From positions 159,312 to 223,311 of the forward strand of contig JBOEGF010000011.1 in assembly GCA_050633305.1 (NCBI GenBank): a stretch of DNA of 64,000 nucleotides, read 5' to 3'. The stretch is from Nannocystales bacterium (GTDB lineage: Bacteria; Myxococcota_A; Polyangia; Nannocystales; Nannocystaceae). The translations under genes and the position numbers were made by a program. Under the pieces are notes generated by a model that worked only from the letters and a program-made list of their open reading frames with translations, searched no databases and was not told where the DNA came from. Shown here piece by piece: positions 28,128-38,158 of the stretch. Each line of letters starts with the position of its first letter. Within the stretch, counting starts at the first letter, position 1.

Positions 28128-28514
28128 TCAGCCGTCGGCGGTCAGCTTGGTGTAGGCCTCCACGTCCATCAGCCCTTCAAACGCGGCTGGGTCCGAGGGC
28201 TTGATCTTGAGCATCCAGCCGCCTTCGTACGGCGCCTCGTTGACGCTCTCGGGGGCGTCTTCGAGCGCGGCGTTGATCTCGACGACCTCGCCGTCGACCG
28301 GTGCGTACAGCTCGGAGACCGCCTTGACGGAATCCACGTCCCCAAAGGTCTCACCGACGGTCAGTGCGGTGCCTGCTTCGGGCAGCGTCACCATCGTGAT
28401 GTCGCCGAGCTGCTCGACAGCGTGGGACGTGATGCCCACGACCAGGAGGTCGCCCTCTTTGCGGGCCCACTCGTGCTCTTTGGTGTAGCGGAGGTCTGCA
28501 GGAAACTCGCTCAT
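28128..28514 (-). CDS. gcvH: glycine cleavage system H protein
   Basis: YTKEHEW, VGIT, lipoyl-Lys in DSVKAVSE, NEAPYEGGW. Confidence 0.97.
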   Translation of the reverse strand: MSEFPADLRYTKEHEWARKEGDLLVVGITSHAVEQLGDITMVTLPEAGTALTVGETFGDVDSVKAVSELYAPVDGEVVEINAALEDAPESVNEAPYEGGWMLKIKPSDPAAFEGLMDVEAYTKLTADG

Positions 28515-28639
28515 GTTGGTGCTCGTTTGAATCGGAGTTGCTGGAGGAGCAGGGGCTTGGACGCACCCCTGGTTTTGACGGGCGCCGGGCAGCCTCGCTG
28601 CCGCAGCGGTTGGGATCGAAGGGTGATCCCACGAGAGGG

Positions 28640-29731
28640 CTAGCTTCGTTTGTAGAAGGGTCCCTTGACCTGCTCGGCTTCGAGGATGCGGCCGCGTTGC
28701 GAGAGTCGCAGCGCGCCGCCGGGGGATGCCATTGTCTTGGGCACGTACGCCAGACCGATCGCACCCCCGACCGTGGGCGCGACGCCGCCCGAGGTCACGC
28801 GGCCGACGACGGAATCGTCTTCGCCCAGGACGTCTGCGCCGGCGCGGACGATCCCGCGGGAGGTCACCTTGAAGCCGACGAGCTTTCGGGACACGCCCTG
28901 CGCCTTGACGGCACGGAGCGCCTCTTGGCCGATGAACGGGTGGGGCTTGTCGAGTTTGACGACCCAGCCCAGACCCGCTTCGTAGGGGTTGGTGGTGGTG
29001 TCGATGTCGTTGCCGTACAGCGAGAGCCGGGCTTCCAAACGAAGGGTGTCCCGCGCTCCCAGCCCGATCGGCTTCGCGCCTGCGGTCGTCAGCGTGTTCC
29101 AAACGGGGACGGCGGCGTCGGCGGGCACGAACAACTCGAATCCGTCCTCTCCGGTGTAGCCGGTCCGGGCCGCGAGGACCCGAACGCCCGCGACGTTGCC
29201 CTCACCCATCCCGAAGGAGGGAACCTCAGCAAGGGCGGCGCCGCCAAGCTCGGCCGCCATGGCGACGGCACCGGGCCCTTGAACCGCCAGCAGCGCGAAC
29301 TCGCCCGACCGGTCGGTCATCGTGCAGTCGCCCTCGAACGAGGCGAGGCCGGCCTCGAAGTGGGCGATGTCCTGGGCGATGTTCGCGGCGTTGATGACGA
29401 TGCGATACGTCTGCTCGGCCAGTTGGTAGACGATGCAGTCGTCGACGATGCCGCCGTCTTCCTGGCAGGTGACCGTGTACTGGGCCTTGCCCGGGACGAG
29501 CTTGCTGACGTCGTGGGTGACGAGCTTGGCGACTGCAGCCTGGGCGTCGGCCCCGACGAAGTCGACCTCGCCCATGTGGGAGACGTCGAAGATCCCGACG
29601 CCGGTGCGCACGGCCTCGTGCTCGGCGAGGATGCCCTCGTATTGGATAGGCATATCCCAGCCGCCGAAGGCGGTCATCTTCGCGCCAAGGGCGACGTGGG
29701 CGGCGTGCAGGGGCGTGGTCTGAAGGGTCAT
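28640..29731 (-). CDS. gcvT: glycine cleavage system aminomethyltransferase T
   Basis: TTPLH, FGGWDMP, FDVSHMG, RTGYTGEDGFE, GLGARDTLRLEA. Confidence 0.97.
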   Translation of the reverse strand: MTLQTTPLHAAHVALGAKMTAFGGWDMPIQYEGILAEHEAVRTGVGIFDVSHMGEVDFVGADAQAAVAKLVTHDVSKLVPGKAQYTVTCQEDGGIVDDCIVYQLAEQTYRIVINAANIAQDIAHFEAGLASFEGDCTMTDRSGEFALLAVQGPGAVAMAAELGGAALAEVPSFGMGEGNVAGVRVLAARTGYTGEDGFELFVPADAAVPVWNTLTTAGAKPIGLGARDTLRLEARLSLYGNDIDTTTNPYEAGLGWVVKLDKPHPFIGQEALRAVKAQGVSRKLVGFKVTSRGIVRAGADVLGEDDSVVGRVTSGGVAPTVGGAIGLAYVPKTMASPGGALRLSQRGRILEAEQVKGPFYKRS

Positions 29732-29825
29732 CGCGGCGCCTGCACTATCGAGCACCCGGCCCGGGCAGCGCAAGCGGTGGCAGGGGCCTTTGTCGGGGGG
29801 CGGCGGGCTTGCTAGATCACCCGGA

Positions 29826-30908
29826 GTGACTTTGTCTTTCGCCGCTCTCGCCTCGCGTCGCGTGCGCTGTCTTCTCGTCGCGGCCGCCTTGATGGGCGGT
29901 TGTCGGGGGAGGGGCACCGACGAACCCGAGGTCGAGCAAACGCAGCTGCAGGCGCAAGCCACGATCCGAAAGGCGATCCGTTCGTCACCGGAAGGGTTCA
30001 TCTTCTTGCCTTCGAAGCGGGCGCAGCGGGTGTACGAGTTGCCGCGCCTCAACGAAATCGCGCAGAGCATGCGACAGCCGGCCGCCGCGTGTTTCCTCGA
30101 GCAAGCGGTGCAGACGATGCGCACGGCCCCCGAGGCGGACCTCGGCTTCGCGGAGATTCCCGACGGCCAGGCGAAACTCCGGATGCGAGTCGCGGCGGAT
30201 GGAAAGGTTCTGCGGGTCGAAACGCTCGAGACCGGCTTCTCCACGGAGGCTGTGCCCGAGTGTGTGGCCGATGAGCTTCAGCGCCGCCGGTTTCCTTCGA
30301 ACGAGACCGGGACAGCGCACTACATCGACGTGGTGTACTGGGTGAGCCTGGGGCCGCAGCCGACCACGAACGGGCATGGCGAGCGCGTCCGTCGTGAGCA
30401 GGTGGAAGCGGGCGTGCGTGCCAAGAAGTGCTTGCAAGGCCGCGTCGGCGAAGGCTCTTACGCGGTGGCCGGTCTGAACCTCGTCGCCTCCAACGGGGCA
30501 ACGGTCGCCAACCGAGTCGAACAAGAGGGCTTGCCCGACGACGTGCGCCAGTGTGTCGCCACGGCGTTTCGCGCCCTGCGTCTGCTCGCCGACGAGTCCA
30601 CGTTCATTCGACCCGTGGTCGTCGGTACCCGGTTCGCCGTTGGGTCGGATGGCGGCGTCAAGGTGGACGACGAGGAGTGGCTGCGGTTGCTGGAACTCGA
30701 GGAACGGGCGCGTCGCGACTCGCTCCGCGCCGAGCAGGAGGCGGTCTCGCCCGTCGATACGCTTCCTCGCACGGCCCCTCCTCCCGAGCCTGGACGTCCG
30801 TCGCAGGGGGAGGCGGATGCCGAGCCGCAACCGCAGGCGCCCAAAGCCGACCCCGGTCAAGGAGGGCTTCGCCTGCGGATGGGCCCTCGCGAGGGTGGGA
30901 CCTTGTAG
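29826..30908 (+). CDS. lipoprotein with TonB-C/AgmX-C-like domains
   Basis: Lipobox MGGC; VAADGKV...ECVADEL...FP motif with paired Cys, partly repeated. Confidence 0.6.
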   Translation: MTLSFAALASRRVRCLLVAAALMGGCRGRGTDEPEVEQTQLQAQATIRKAIRSSPEGFIFLPSKRAQRVYELPRLNEIAQSMRQPAAACFLEQAVQTMRTAPEADLGFAEIPDGQAKLRMRVAADGKVLRVETLETGFSTEAVPECVADELQRRRFPSNETGTAHYIDVVYWVSLGPQPTTNGHGERVRREQVEAGVRAKKCLQGRVGEGSYAVAGLNLVASNGATVANRVEQEGLPDDVRQCVATAFRALRLLADESTFIRPVVVGTRFAVGSDGGVKVDDEEWLRLLELEERARRDSLRAEQEAVSPVDTLPRTAPPPEPGRPSQGEADAEPQPQAPKADPGQGGLRLRMGPREGGTL

Positions 30909-30963
30909 CGGAGCCAAGCGGGGACCGCACCTGTCTGCGGGTGATCCTCGCGGCCGCCGTGCT

Positions 30964-32214
30964 TCACTCCCGCGGGGGATCCGTGGACGCGTCGCTCGAT
31001 GGATCCGGTGATGGGCCCGGGTCGACGACCGGGCCGGCGCCGGATTCCTCGGCCGGGCTGAGGTCGCTCTCGAGCTCGACGGGGCCGTCGGGGATCGCTG
31101 CGACCTGCGACATCTCGATCGATTGAGAGATCGATGCGTGGGGGTCGATGTTCGCGATGAGGGAGGCTGCCTCGGTGTTCTCGAGGACCTCTTCGTGGTG
31201 CTTGTCTTCGGATGGGATCAGCAAGCTGACCGCCATCGACCCCGCGATCAGCCCCGCGACGATCCCAAGCGAGATGCCCACCGGGATGTGGAGCGGCGCG
31301 AGCAAGCCGAACAGACCCTCCGCCAGGATCATCTTGGCGCCGATGTACGACAGGACGAGGCCGAGCCCGTATTTGAGGTACGCGAACTTGTCGAGGATGC
31401 TCTGCAGTAGGAAGAACATCGCGCGCAGACCCAGGATCGCGCAGACGTTGCTCGTGAAGACGATGAACGGGTCTCGGCTGATGCCGAACACCGCCGGAAT
31501 CGAGTCGAGCGCGAAGACGACGTCCGAGGTCTCGATCATCAACAGGACGATGAACAGTGGGGTGAACCGCAAGCCTCGCTTGGTGCGGATCGCGAACTTG
31601 TCGCCGTGGTAGCGGCGGGTCAGCGGCAGCACCCTCTTGGCCAGTCGGTAGGCGATGTTGCCCGAGGGTTCCGGGTCGTCGTCGTCGGTGAACAGCAGGC
31701 GAATCCCCGTGAACAGGAGGAAGCCGCCGAAGATGTACAGCGACCACGAGAACATCTCGATCAGGCTGATGCCGACGAGAATGAACACGCCTCGAAGGAC
31801 GAGAGCACCGACGATGCCCGCGAACAACACGCGGTGCATCACCTCCGGCTTCACATCCATGTAGCGGAAGATGACGATGAAGACGAAGAGGTTGTCGACC
31901 GAGAGCGACTTCTCGATGAGGTAGGCGGAGAGGAACTCCAACCCCGCCTGCTCGCCGAGCGTCAGGTAGACATAGAGGTTGAAGCTCAGGCTCAGGAGGA
32001 TCCAGACGATCGTCCAGCCCAGCGCCTCCTTGACCGAGACCGCCTTGGCCTCGCGGTGAAAGACACCGAGGTCGATCGCGAGCAGCAAGAGCACGCCCGC
32101 CAAGAACCCGCCCCAGAGCATGGGCGAGCCGACGGTGCCCAGGCTCAGCAGCGAGCTTGCTCCGCCCCCTCCAAGTCCTCCGCCCCCTCCAAGGGTGTCG
32201 ACGAGCGCGTTCAA
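30964..32214 (-). CDS. TerC/Alx family membrane protein
   Basis: YLIEKSLSVDNLFVF, DVVFALDSIPAV, FTSNVCAILGLRA; acidic C-terminal tail; start uncertain. Confidence 0.93.
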   Translation of the reverse strand: MNALVDTLGGGGGLGGGGASSLLSLGTVGSPMLWGGFLAGVLLLLAIDLGVFHREAKAVSVKEALGWTIVWILLSLSFNLYVYLTLGEQAGLEFLSAYLIEKSLSVDNLFVFIVIFRYMDVKPEVMHRVLFAGIVGALVLRGVFILVGISLIEMFSWSLYIFGGFLLFTGIRLLFTDDDDPEPSGNIAYRLAKRVLPLTRRYHGDKFAIRTKRGLRFTPLFIVLLMIETSDVVFALDSIPAVFGISRDPFIVFTSNVCAILGLRAMFFLLQSILDKFAYLKYGLGLVLSYIGAKMILAEGLFGLLAPLHIPVGISLGIVAGLIAGSMAVSLLIPSEDKHHEEVLENTEAASLIANIDPHASISQSIEMSQVAAIPDGPVELESDLSPAEESGAGPVVDPGPSPDPSSDASTDPPRE

Positions 32215-32241
32215 ACGACCGCGGTTTCCCAGTCGACGCCC

Positions 32242-32763
32242 TTAGGCGTCGAGGCGCTCGAACTTGGTGTCTTTGAGCTTGATGACAAGCTTGCGTGGCT
32301 TGGCGTCGTCTTGGAAGTCGAGGTCCACGAGGGTGCCGGTGAACTCGACGTATGTGCCCTTGGGGTAGCCGTCCCCGATCTTCTCGTTGGACAGGAGGTT
32401 GTACTCGATCGTGATCTCGTACAGGACGGGGTCATCGACGGTGACCGACGCGTCGTACTTGCCCATCTCGTGATCGGCGATGTTCTCGCCGAGTTCGGAG
32501 ACGACTTGGAACCGGCCCTGGCCCTTGTAGGAACCCGGCTTGGACTTCAGCGCGTCGATGTGGGCGGCGCGCTCTCCGCTACCCATCGAGTTGAACGCGT
32601 CGAGGTTCTTGGCCCCGAAGGTGAGTTCGTCGCCCTTCACGTCGAAGCGCTCGGGAGGCTTCTGCCAAGACGGCTCGTCGTCACCGGACTTGTCGCACCC
32701 CAGCGGACCCACTGCCACGCTCAAGACGAGAAGTGCGGCAAGGGATTGTCCCACAGCGCGCAT
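32242..32763 (-). CDS. hypothetical lipoprotein (OB-fold-like)
   Basis: PLGC lipobox; ATG at 32763 preceded by TGaTAGGTT. Confidence 0.7.
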   Translation of the reverse strand: MRAVGQSLAALLVLSVAVGPLGCDKSGDDEPSWQKPPERFDVKGDELTFGAKNLDAFNSMGSGERAAHIDALKSKPGSYKGQGRFQVVSELGENIADHEMGKYDASVTVDDPVLYEITIEYNLLSNEKIGDGYPKGTYVEFTGTLVDLDFQDDAKPRKLVIKLKDTKFERLDA

Positions 32764-32949
32764 GAGCCGAAACCTATCACTTCGAGACACTTTGTCCATC
32801 GCGACTGCGGAGCCTCCAACGTCGCGGCGAACTATGCAATCGGCGGGCCCAAATACCTGCCCGGCGGCGATTCAACCGGTCGAACACGCGGGGCGACGGT
32901 GAAGCGATGCGTGCAGTCGGGACGCTGGGGGCCGGCAGCGGCAGCGCGG

Positions 32950-33768
32950 TCACAGGGGCGAGGCGGCGTCGCAAAGGGCATCGGCGCCGAGGGTGGCGGC
33001 GAGCTCGTCTCGTGCCGTCTCGGCGAGCGAGGCGGCGTCGGCTGGGGCTTCGAACGTGATCCGCACGTGGTAGTCGATCGAGCCATCTTCGGCGCGAGCC
33101 CAGCGCGGGTACGAGCCGATCTCGAGCGGCCCCTGCGGTGCACCAAACTTCGCGAGCAGCGCGTCCAGGTGGGGTGCGAGCTTGCTCTCATCGAGCGTGG
33201 TGTGGAGCAAGGCGAGGTGCCAGCCCTCGCCGCGCGGGAGCTCTCCATCGGTTGCTTCGAGCTGTTCGAGCTTCGAGCGAAACAGGCTCGGAACCCCCGG
33301 TAAGATGTAGATCCTGGACGCGGTGGGGTCGGTCGGGCGGTCGAGATCGAGGCGCAGGACCGGCCATCCGCGGCTGCCTCGCAGCACGGTTCCGTCGGGG
33401 ACGTCCGCCATCGAGAGCGCGGCGTCCGTCAGGTTGTCCCCGTAGTGTTTGCGCAACGAGGCGGCCATTTCGGGGTGTTGTTGCAGCGAGCGGCCCGTGG
33501 CGGCCGCGATCGAGGCCATCGTGATGTCGTCGTGCGTGGGACCCACACCCCCCGATGTGAAGACGAGGTCTGCGCGCGTGCACAGACGCACCAGCGCATC
33601 GCCGATCGCGGCCTCGTGGTCGCCGACCATGGCCATCTCGACGAACGCGATTCCTAGCCTACGCAGCGTCTTGGCGAGGTGGTGCCCGTTTTCGTCGCGG
33701 ATCTTCCCGCTGAGCAGCTCATCCCCGATGAGGAGAAGGCCAGCGGTCGGTGGGGCGGGGGTGGGCAT
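32950..33768 (-). CDS. CinA-like/molybdopterin-binding domain protein
   Basis: [38 protein letters not shown]. Confidence 0.9.
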   Translation of the reverse strand: MPTPAPPTAGLLLIGDELLSGKIRDENGHHLAKTLRRLGIAFVEMAMVGDHEAAIGDALVRLCTRADLVFTSGGVGPTHDDITMASIAAATGRSLQQHPEMAASLRKHYGDNLTDAALSMADVPDGTVLRGSRGWPVLRLDLDRPTDPTASRIYILPGVPSLFRSKLEQLEATDGELPRGEGWHLALLHTTLDESKLAPHLDALLAKFGAPQGPLEIGSYPRWARAEDGSIDYHVRITFEAPADAASLAETARDELAATLGADALCDAASPL

Positions 33769-33799
33769 CGCGCACGGACGATAGCAGGCGCAAGCACTC

Positions 33800-33828
33800 T
33801 TGACCCCGCCCAGAGGCAGGCGTATCTG
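33800..33828 (+). promoter_or_regulatory. sigma70-type promoter of carA (probably leaderless)
   Basis: TTGACC-N17-TATCTG ending 6 nt before the carA ATG. Confidence 0.55.
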
Positions 33829-33834
33829 GGGTTC

Positions 33835-34986
33835 ATGTCGGAGCGCGACCGCGTGGAGGCAGTGTTGGCCCTGGCCGACGGTCGGATCTTTCGTGGCGTG
33901 GGGTTTGGCGCAAGCGCCACCGCGCTCGGCGAGGTGGTGTTCAACACCTCGATGACCGGCTATCAGGAGATCATCACCGATCCCTCCTACGCGGGTCAGC
34001 TCGTTTGCCTGACGGCGCCGGAGATCGGCAACGTGGGCTGCAACCCCGAAGATGTCGAGTCGCAGGCGCCGGGTGCTGAGTCGTTGATCGTGCGCTCGTT
34101 GTCGCCGGTCGTCTCCAACTGGCGGGCCCGTCAGTCGCTGCCGGAGTTTCTCGCAGCCCGTGCGCTCCCGGGAATCGCGGAGGTCGACACCCGCGCCCTG
34201 ACGCGCCACCTTCGTGACGCGGGCGCGATGATGGGCGCAGTCAGTACCGAGGGGATCGCCCCGGAGCGGCTGGTGCAGATGGCCAAGGATGCGCCGCCGA
34301 TGCAAGGGCAAGCGCTCGCGCACCAGGTGAGCACCAACGCCCGATACACCTGGAACGACGGGACGCTTCGTTGGCCTGAGGACGCGCCGACGCCGGAGGT
34401 CGGGCAGCGCGTCGTCGCGTACGACTTCGGGATCAAGCACAACATCCTGCGGTGTCTGCGAGACGAGGGCATCGAGGTCTCGGTTGTTCCCAGCAACACC
34501 CCGGCCGCGGAGGTTCTGGCGATGAAGCCGGCTGGAATCTTCCTGAGCAACGGCCCCGGCGACCCCGCCGCGCTCCCCGACGTGGTCGAGAACCTCAGAA
34601 CCTTGCTTGCGGGATCCGGACAGACGCCGGTCTTCGGCATCTGCCTGGGTTACCAGTTGCTGTGCCTGGCCTCCGGGGGCGAGACCTACAAGCTCAAGTT
34701 CGGCCACCACGGCGGCAACCACCCGGTGCGCGACGCGTCGGATCACTCCGTAGCGATCACCGCCCAGAACCACGGGTTTGCCGCCTCCGCCGAGTCGTTG
34801 GGCAGCGGCGCCGAGCTTGCTGCGCTCAACCTGTTCGACAAGACCGCCGCGGGGCTGCGAATGTCCGAACGACCGGTCTGGGGGGTCCAGTACCACCCCG
34901 AGGCGTCGCCGGGGCCCCACGATGCCAAGCCGTTGTTCGCCACGTTCGCCAAGCAGGTCCGGGCCTTCCACGAGCAGTCGGTGTGA
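33835..34986 (+). CDS. carA: carbamoyl-phosphate synthase small subunit
   Basis: [38 protein letters not shown]. Confidence 0.97.
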   Translation: MSERDRVEAVLALADGRIFRGVGFGASATALGEVVFNTSMTGYQEIITDPSYAGQLVCLTAPEIGNVGCNPEDVESQAPGAESLIVRSLSPVVSNWRARQSLPEFLAARALPGIAEVDTRALTRHLRDAGAMMGAVSTEGIAPERLVQMAKDAPPMQGQALAHQVSTNARYTWNDGTLRWPEDAPTPEVGQRVVAYDFGIKHNILRCLRDEGIEVSVVPSNTPAAEVLAMKPAGIFLSNGPGDPAALPDVVENLRTLLAGSGQTPVFGICLGYQLLCLASGGETYKLKFGHHGGNHPVRDASDHSVAITAQNHGFAASAESLGSGAELAALNLFDKTAAGLRMSERPVWGVQYHPEASPGPHDAKPLFATFAKQVRAFHEQSV

Positions 34987-35648
34987 CTCGACCCCCCGGC
35001 GACCCGCCCTCGGGCGAGCCCGAGCTGGCTCTCACGCCCGCGAGGCTCGAGGAGTTGCTGGACGAAGCCGCGGCGCGAGTGTTCGGCGGCCCTGCTGGAC
35101 CAGAGCGGTTGGCTCCGCTGCTCGCGCGTTGGGGTGAGGAGGTCGGGACGATTCGCGAGGACGACCAGGACCGGGAACTCCTGCAAGCGATGCGCACGGA
35201 CTGGGCGTTGTGTGATGCCCCCGCGGTCGGGGAGAGGCCATGGCTGGCCATCCTGCTCGAGGGCGGATTGGGGCCGGTACCCGATCGGTGGCGGGTCCTG
35301 TCGCGCAGCCACATCGGGCTCTTCGAAGTGTTCCCGGGGAAGGTGAGTTGGTTGCGGGATCTCCGGGGCGGCTTGTGTGTGCCGGTTCTCGATCCGCTTC
35401 CTCTGGTCCCCGAAGCCTCGGGCCCGGCGGCGGTCTGGGAGGCCCGGGTCGTTCTGGCTGGCGGGACGGCAACGTTGGCGAGGGGGCCGTTGGGTTACCC
35501 GTTTGAGCTGCTGCCGACCTTCGTCAAGCTGAGCCAGGCTCGGTTCGGCGCACCTGAGCCGAAACTTCGTTGGGCCGCGTTGCGGCGCGGCTGGCTCCAG
35601 TTCTCCCGTGCGCGCCGGGCGGACGCTCGCAATCTATTTCGGCTCTAA
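34983..35648 (+). CDS. hypothetical protein
   Basis: GTGA overlap with the carA stop; globular-looking 221-aa product. Confidence 0.65.
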   Translation: MTRPPGDPPSGEPELALTPARLEELLDEAAARVFGGPAGPERLAPLLARWGEEVGTIREDDQDRELLQAMRTDWALCDAPAVGERPWLAILLEGGLGPVPDRWRVLSRSHIGLFEVFPGKVSWLRDLRGGLCVPVLDPLPLVPEASGPAAVWEARVVLAGGTATLARGPLGYPFELLPTFVKLSQARFGAPEPKLRWAALRRGWLQFSRARRADARNLFRL

Positions 35649-35772
35649 GGCCCTCTGCGGTCCCCATGAAGACTCCAACTCGCGGTTTCCCTGCAACGCG
35701 CGGACTCTCGTCCCGTCCACCCGTTTGGCTGCGGCTCTTCGCGGCATCACTCTCGTCACAGAAGCATCCCGC

Positions 35773-37299
35773 ATGACTCTCAATTCCCGAATCCTCGTGG
35801 GCCTCGCGGCCCTTAGCCTCACCGTGTCCGCGTGCGACTCGGCGGAGAAGAACTCCGGCGCCAAAAATGAAGCCGGGAAGAAAGCCGACGACAAAGGCGC
35901 CAAGAAGGACACGAAGGCGGAGCCCAAGAAGCCCGAGGAAAAGGCCGAAGCGAAGGTCGACGCCAAGGCGGACGCAAAGAAAGACGACGCCCAGCCCGCA
36001 GCAAAACCGGCGGAGGCCAAGGTCGAGGAAAAACCGGTCGAGGCGGCGAAGCCCGCCGCCGCGCTGCCCGAGGCAGGCGAGGCGGGTCCGGCCTACTTCG
36101 CGATCGACGACAAGGGCGTGTTCATGCTCGACGGCGGGACCTTCACCAAGGTCAAAAAGGGCCCGACCAAGCTCGTCAAGCAGATGTCGATCGGTGGTGA
36201 TGGCAAACCGTACATGCTCACGTACGACGGCATCATGGTCCTCGACGGGGCGGCGGCGAAGGTTGTTGCCAAGACCTCCTATAAGAAGACCGGGAGCGTC
36301 GACGCGTTCACCGTCACCCCTGAGGGCGAGATCTGGACCGCAGGTTACAAGGGCGTGGGGCACCTCGTCGGAAAGAAATGGACCGTTGAGGACAAGAAGG
36401 TCCTCGGCGACGACGTCACGCTGCTGCAAGGCGTGGCGGTCGACAAGGACGGTCGGGTCTGGGTCGCCTCCTCGAACAAGCTTCACTTCAAGGAGAAGGA
36501 CGCCGCGGAGTGGAAGGACGCCGACCTGAGCAAGGCGACCGAGCGCAAGCCGTTCTTCGACGGCATCGCGGTCGATCCGTCCGGTGGCCTGATGGCCTCG
36601 GCCAGCAGCGCGGTGTTGAAGATCGACGGCCCGACGGCGATCTCCTCGGTCGAGCTCCCCAGTGGTGTGATCTCATCGTTCGGCCTGCTCAGCTACGCAT
36701 CCAACGGCATCGGCGCGATCAAGACGGGCGTGAAGACCATCGCACGCCTCGAGCCCGGCGGTGGCAACACCAGCTACGACCGAGGGGACGACTTCCAAGG
36801 GACCCGGGTGGTCGCGCTGAGCGCTGACGGCCAAGGGCGTCTGTGGGTGGGGTCGGACATCGGCATCAGCGTTGTCGGACCCGGCGACGAGCGGGCGACC
36901 TGGCTGATGGGCTCCGTCCCGGAGATCGCGGGCAAGGTCAAAGGCATCCTTGTCGTCGGTGCTGGCCCGGAGTTGCCCGAGGTGGGAGACCAAAAGAAGG
37001 CCTCCGAAGTCACGGGAATCATCCTCCTGGACGGCGACCCGCTGGCGGACGCGGCGATCGAGATCTGCCCTGAGCCCAGCTCGTTGATCAAGACCTCGCC
37101 ATGCGAGGACAGCCCGATCCGCTTCGCGGGCAAGACCGATGCTGCCGGCAAGTTCAGCTTCGCCGACGTCCCGCTGGGCGCCTACGGCGTTGGGGTCAAG
37201 GCCGGGGAGAAGTGGAAGATCACCTTCTCGGGTGAGTACGGCGCAAAGATGAAAGAGGGCAAGCCCTTCGACATCGGCAAACTGAAGTTCAAGAAGTAG
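35773..37299 (+). CDS. lipoprotein: Lys/Ala/Glu-rich linker, beta-propeller, C-terminal carboxypeptidase-regulatory-like domain
   Basis: VSAC lipobox; DKDGRVWV and DGQGRLWV repeats; TDAAGKFSFADVPLGAY. Confidence 0.8.
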   Translation: MTLNSRILVGLAALSLTVSACDSAEKNSGAKNEAGKKADDKGAKKDTKAEPKKPEEKAEAKVDAKADAKKDDAQPAAKPAEAKVEEKPVEAAKPAAALPEAGEAGPAYFAIDDKGVFMLDGGTFTKVKKGPTKLVKQMSIGGDGKPYMLTYDGIMVLDGAAAKVVAKTSYKKTGSVDAFTVTPEGEIWTAGYKGVGHLVGKKWTVEDKKVLGDDVTLLQGVAVDKDGRVWVASSNKLHFKEKDAAEWKDADLSKATERKPFFDGIAVDPSGGLMASASSAVLKIDGPTAISSVELPSGVISSFGLLSYASNGIGAIKTGVKTIARLEPGGGNTSYDRGDDFQGTRVVALSADGQGRLWVGSDIGISVVGPGDERATWLMGSVPEIAGKVKGILVVGAGPELPEVGDQKKASEVTGIILLDGDPLADAAIEICPEPSSLIKTSPCEDSPIRFAGKTDAAGKFSFADVPLGAYGVGVKAGEKWKITFSGEYGAKMKEGKPFDIGKLKFKK

Positions 37300-37319
37300 G
37301 CCCGTTCCGCACGGGAGCG

Positions 37320-37349
37320 CGCCCTGTTCGACATGGGTCGGGCAGGGCG
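37320..37349. terminator. hairpin between convergent genes
   Basis: CGCCCTGTTCGAC-ATGG-GTCGGGCAGGGCG stem with G:U pairs. Confidence 0.5.
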
Positions 37350-37368
37350 TTGTCGCGTCCCCAGCTGG

Positions 37369-38088
37369 CTATGGTTGCAACACCGGCGCCGCCTGAGGGT
37401 CTTGCTGCGCCGCTTGAGTCTCCTCGACCGGCGCCCGGGTCCGCGGGGGCACACTGCGAAGGGCTGTCGCGCGATGAAGCGGCTGCCCGAGCAGCATCAT
37501 CGGGTCTACGGCCACGTCGTCGATCTTCATCGTCAGGTGAAGGTGAGGGGCCGCGGAGCGACCCGTGTTGCCGACCAAGCCGAGTGCGGCGCCGCGGTCC
37601 ACGGACGCACCGGGCCAGACCAAGACGTCGGACAAGTGGCCGTACAGCGACGTGATGCCGAGACCGTGGTCGACGATCACCATGGTCCCCAGCGCGGGAT
37701 CGATGCCCACAAACCTGACCTCCCCACGCGCGACGGAGAGCACGAGGTCACCGACGTTGCCGCGAAAGTCGGTGCCCTTGTGCATTCTCGTGCCAGCCCC
37801 GGCGACCGGGTCGAGACGCCATCCGAACGAGGACGTGACATGGACCGACTCCACCGGCCAGCCCAGGTCGTCGCCGTTGCGCAGTGCGGACAGTCCCTCC
37901 GCAGCCCAAGGATCCGAGGGGGGCGGGGGAAGCTCGGCCTCCGGGTCGGGCTCCGGTTTGGAGGGTCCTACGTCGGGCGACGCGGCGCTCGAAGGGCCAT
38001 CGAGGTCAGGATCGCCTCCACAGCTCAGCACGCACAGCCACACGAGGTGGCGTGGCGCGGTCCGGCGGTGGTGCGGGCGGGGAGGCAC
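37369..38088 (-). CDS. M23 family metallopeptidase
   Basis: VTSSFGWRLDP, HKGTD (HxxxD), YGHL, GNTGRSAAPHLH (HxH); start uncertain. Confidence 0.9.
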   Translation of the reverse strand: MPPRPHHRRTAPRHLVWLCVLSCGGDPDLDGPSSAASPDVGPSKPEPDPEAELPPPPSDPWAAEGLSALRNGDDLGWPVESVHVTSSFGWRLDPVAGAGTRMHKGTDFRGNVGDLVLSVARGEVRFVGIDPALGTMVIVDHGLGITSLYGHLSDVLVWPGASVDRGAALGLVGNTGRSAAPHLHLTMKIDDVAVDPMMLLGQPLHRATALRSVPPRTRAPVEETQAAQQDPQAAPVLQP

Positions 38089-38158
38089 GTTGGCCGCAGG
38101 GTACAAAAAACCGGGCCTCGCTGGAGCGCGGGCCCGGTTCCGGATGCAGACCGCCTGA

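Noticed and set aside
29732..29825. Glycine riboswitch upstream of gcvT
   Set aside because: The gap is under 100 bp and lacks recognisable GGAGA/GAAG aptamer motifs.
32215..32950. yybP-ykoY Mn riboswitch upstream of the terC gene
   Set aside because: Only 27 bp separate terC from the upstream gene, and I recognised no consensus further upstream.
33791..33820. CIRCE-like half site AAGCACTC
   Set aside because: No matching second half; it overlaps the carA -35 element instead.
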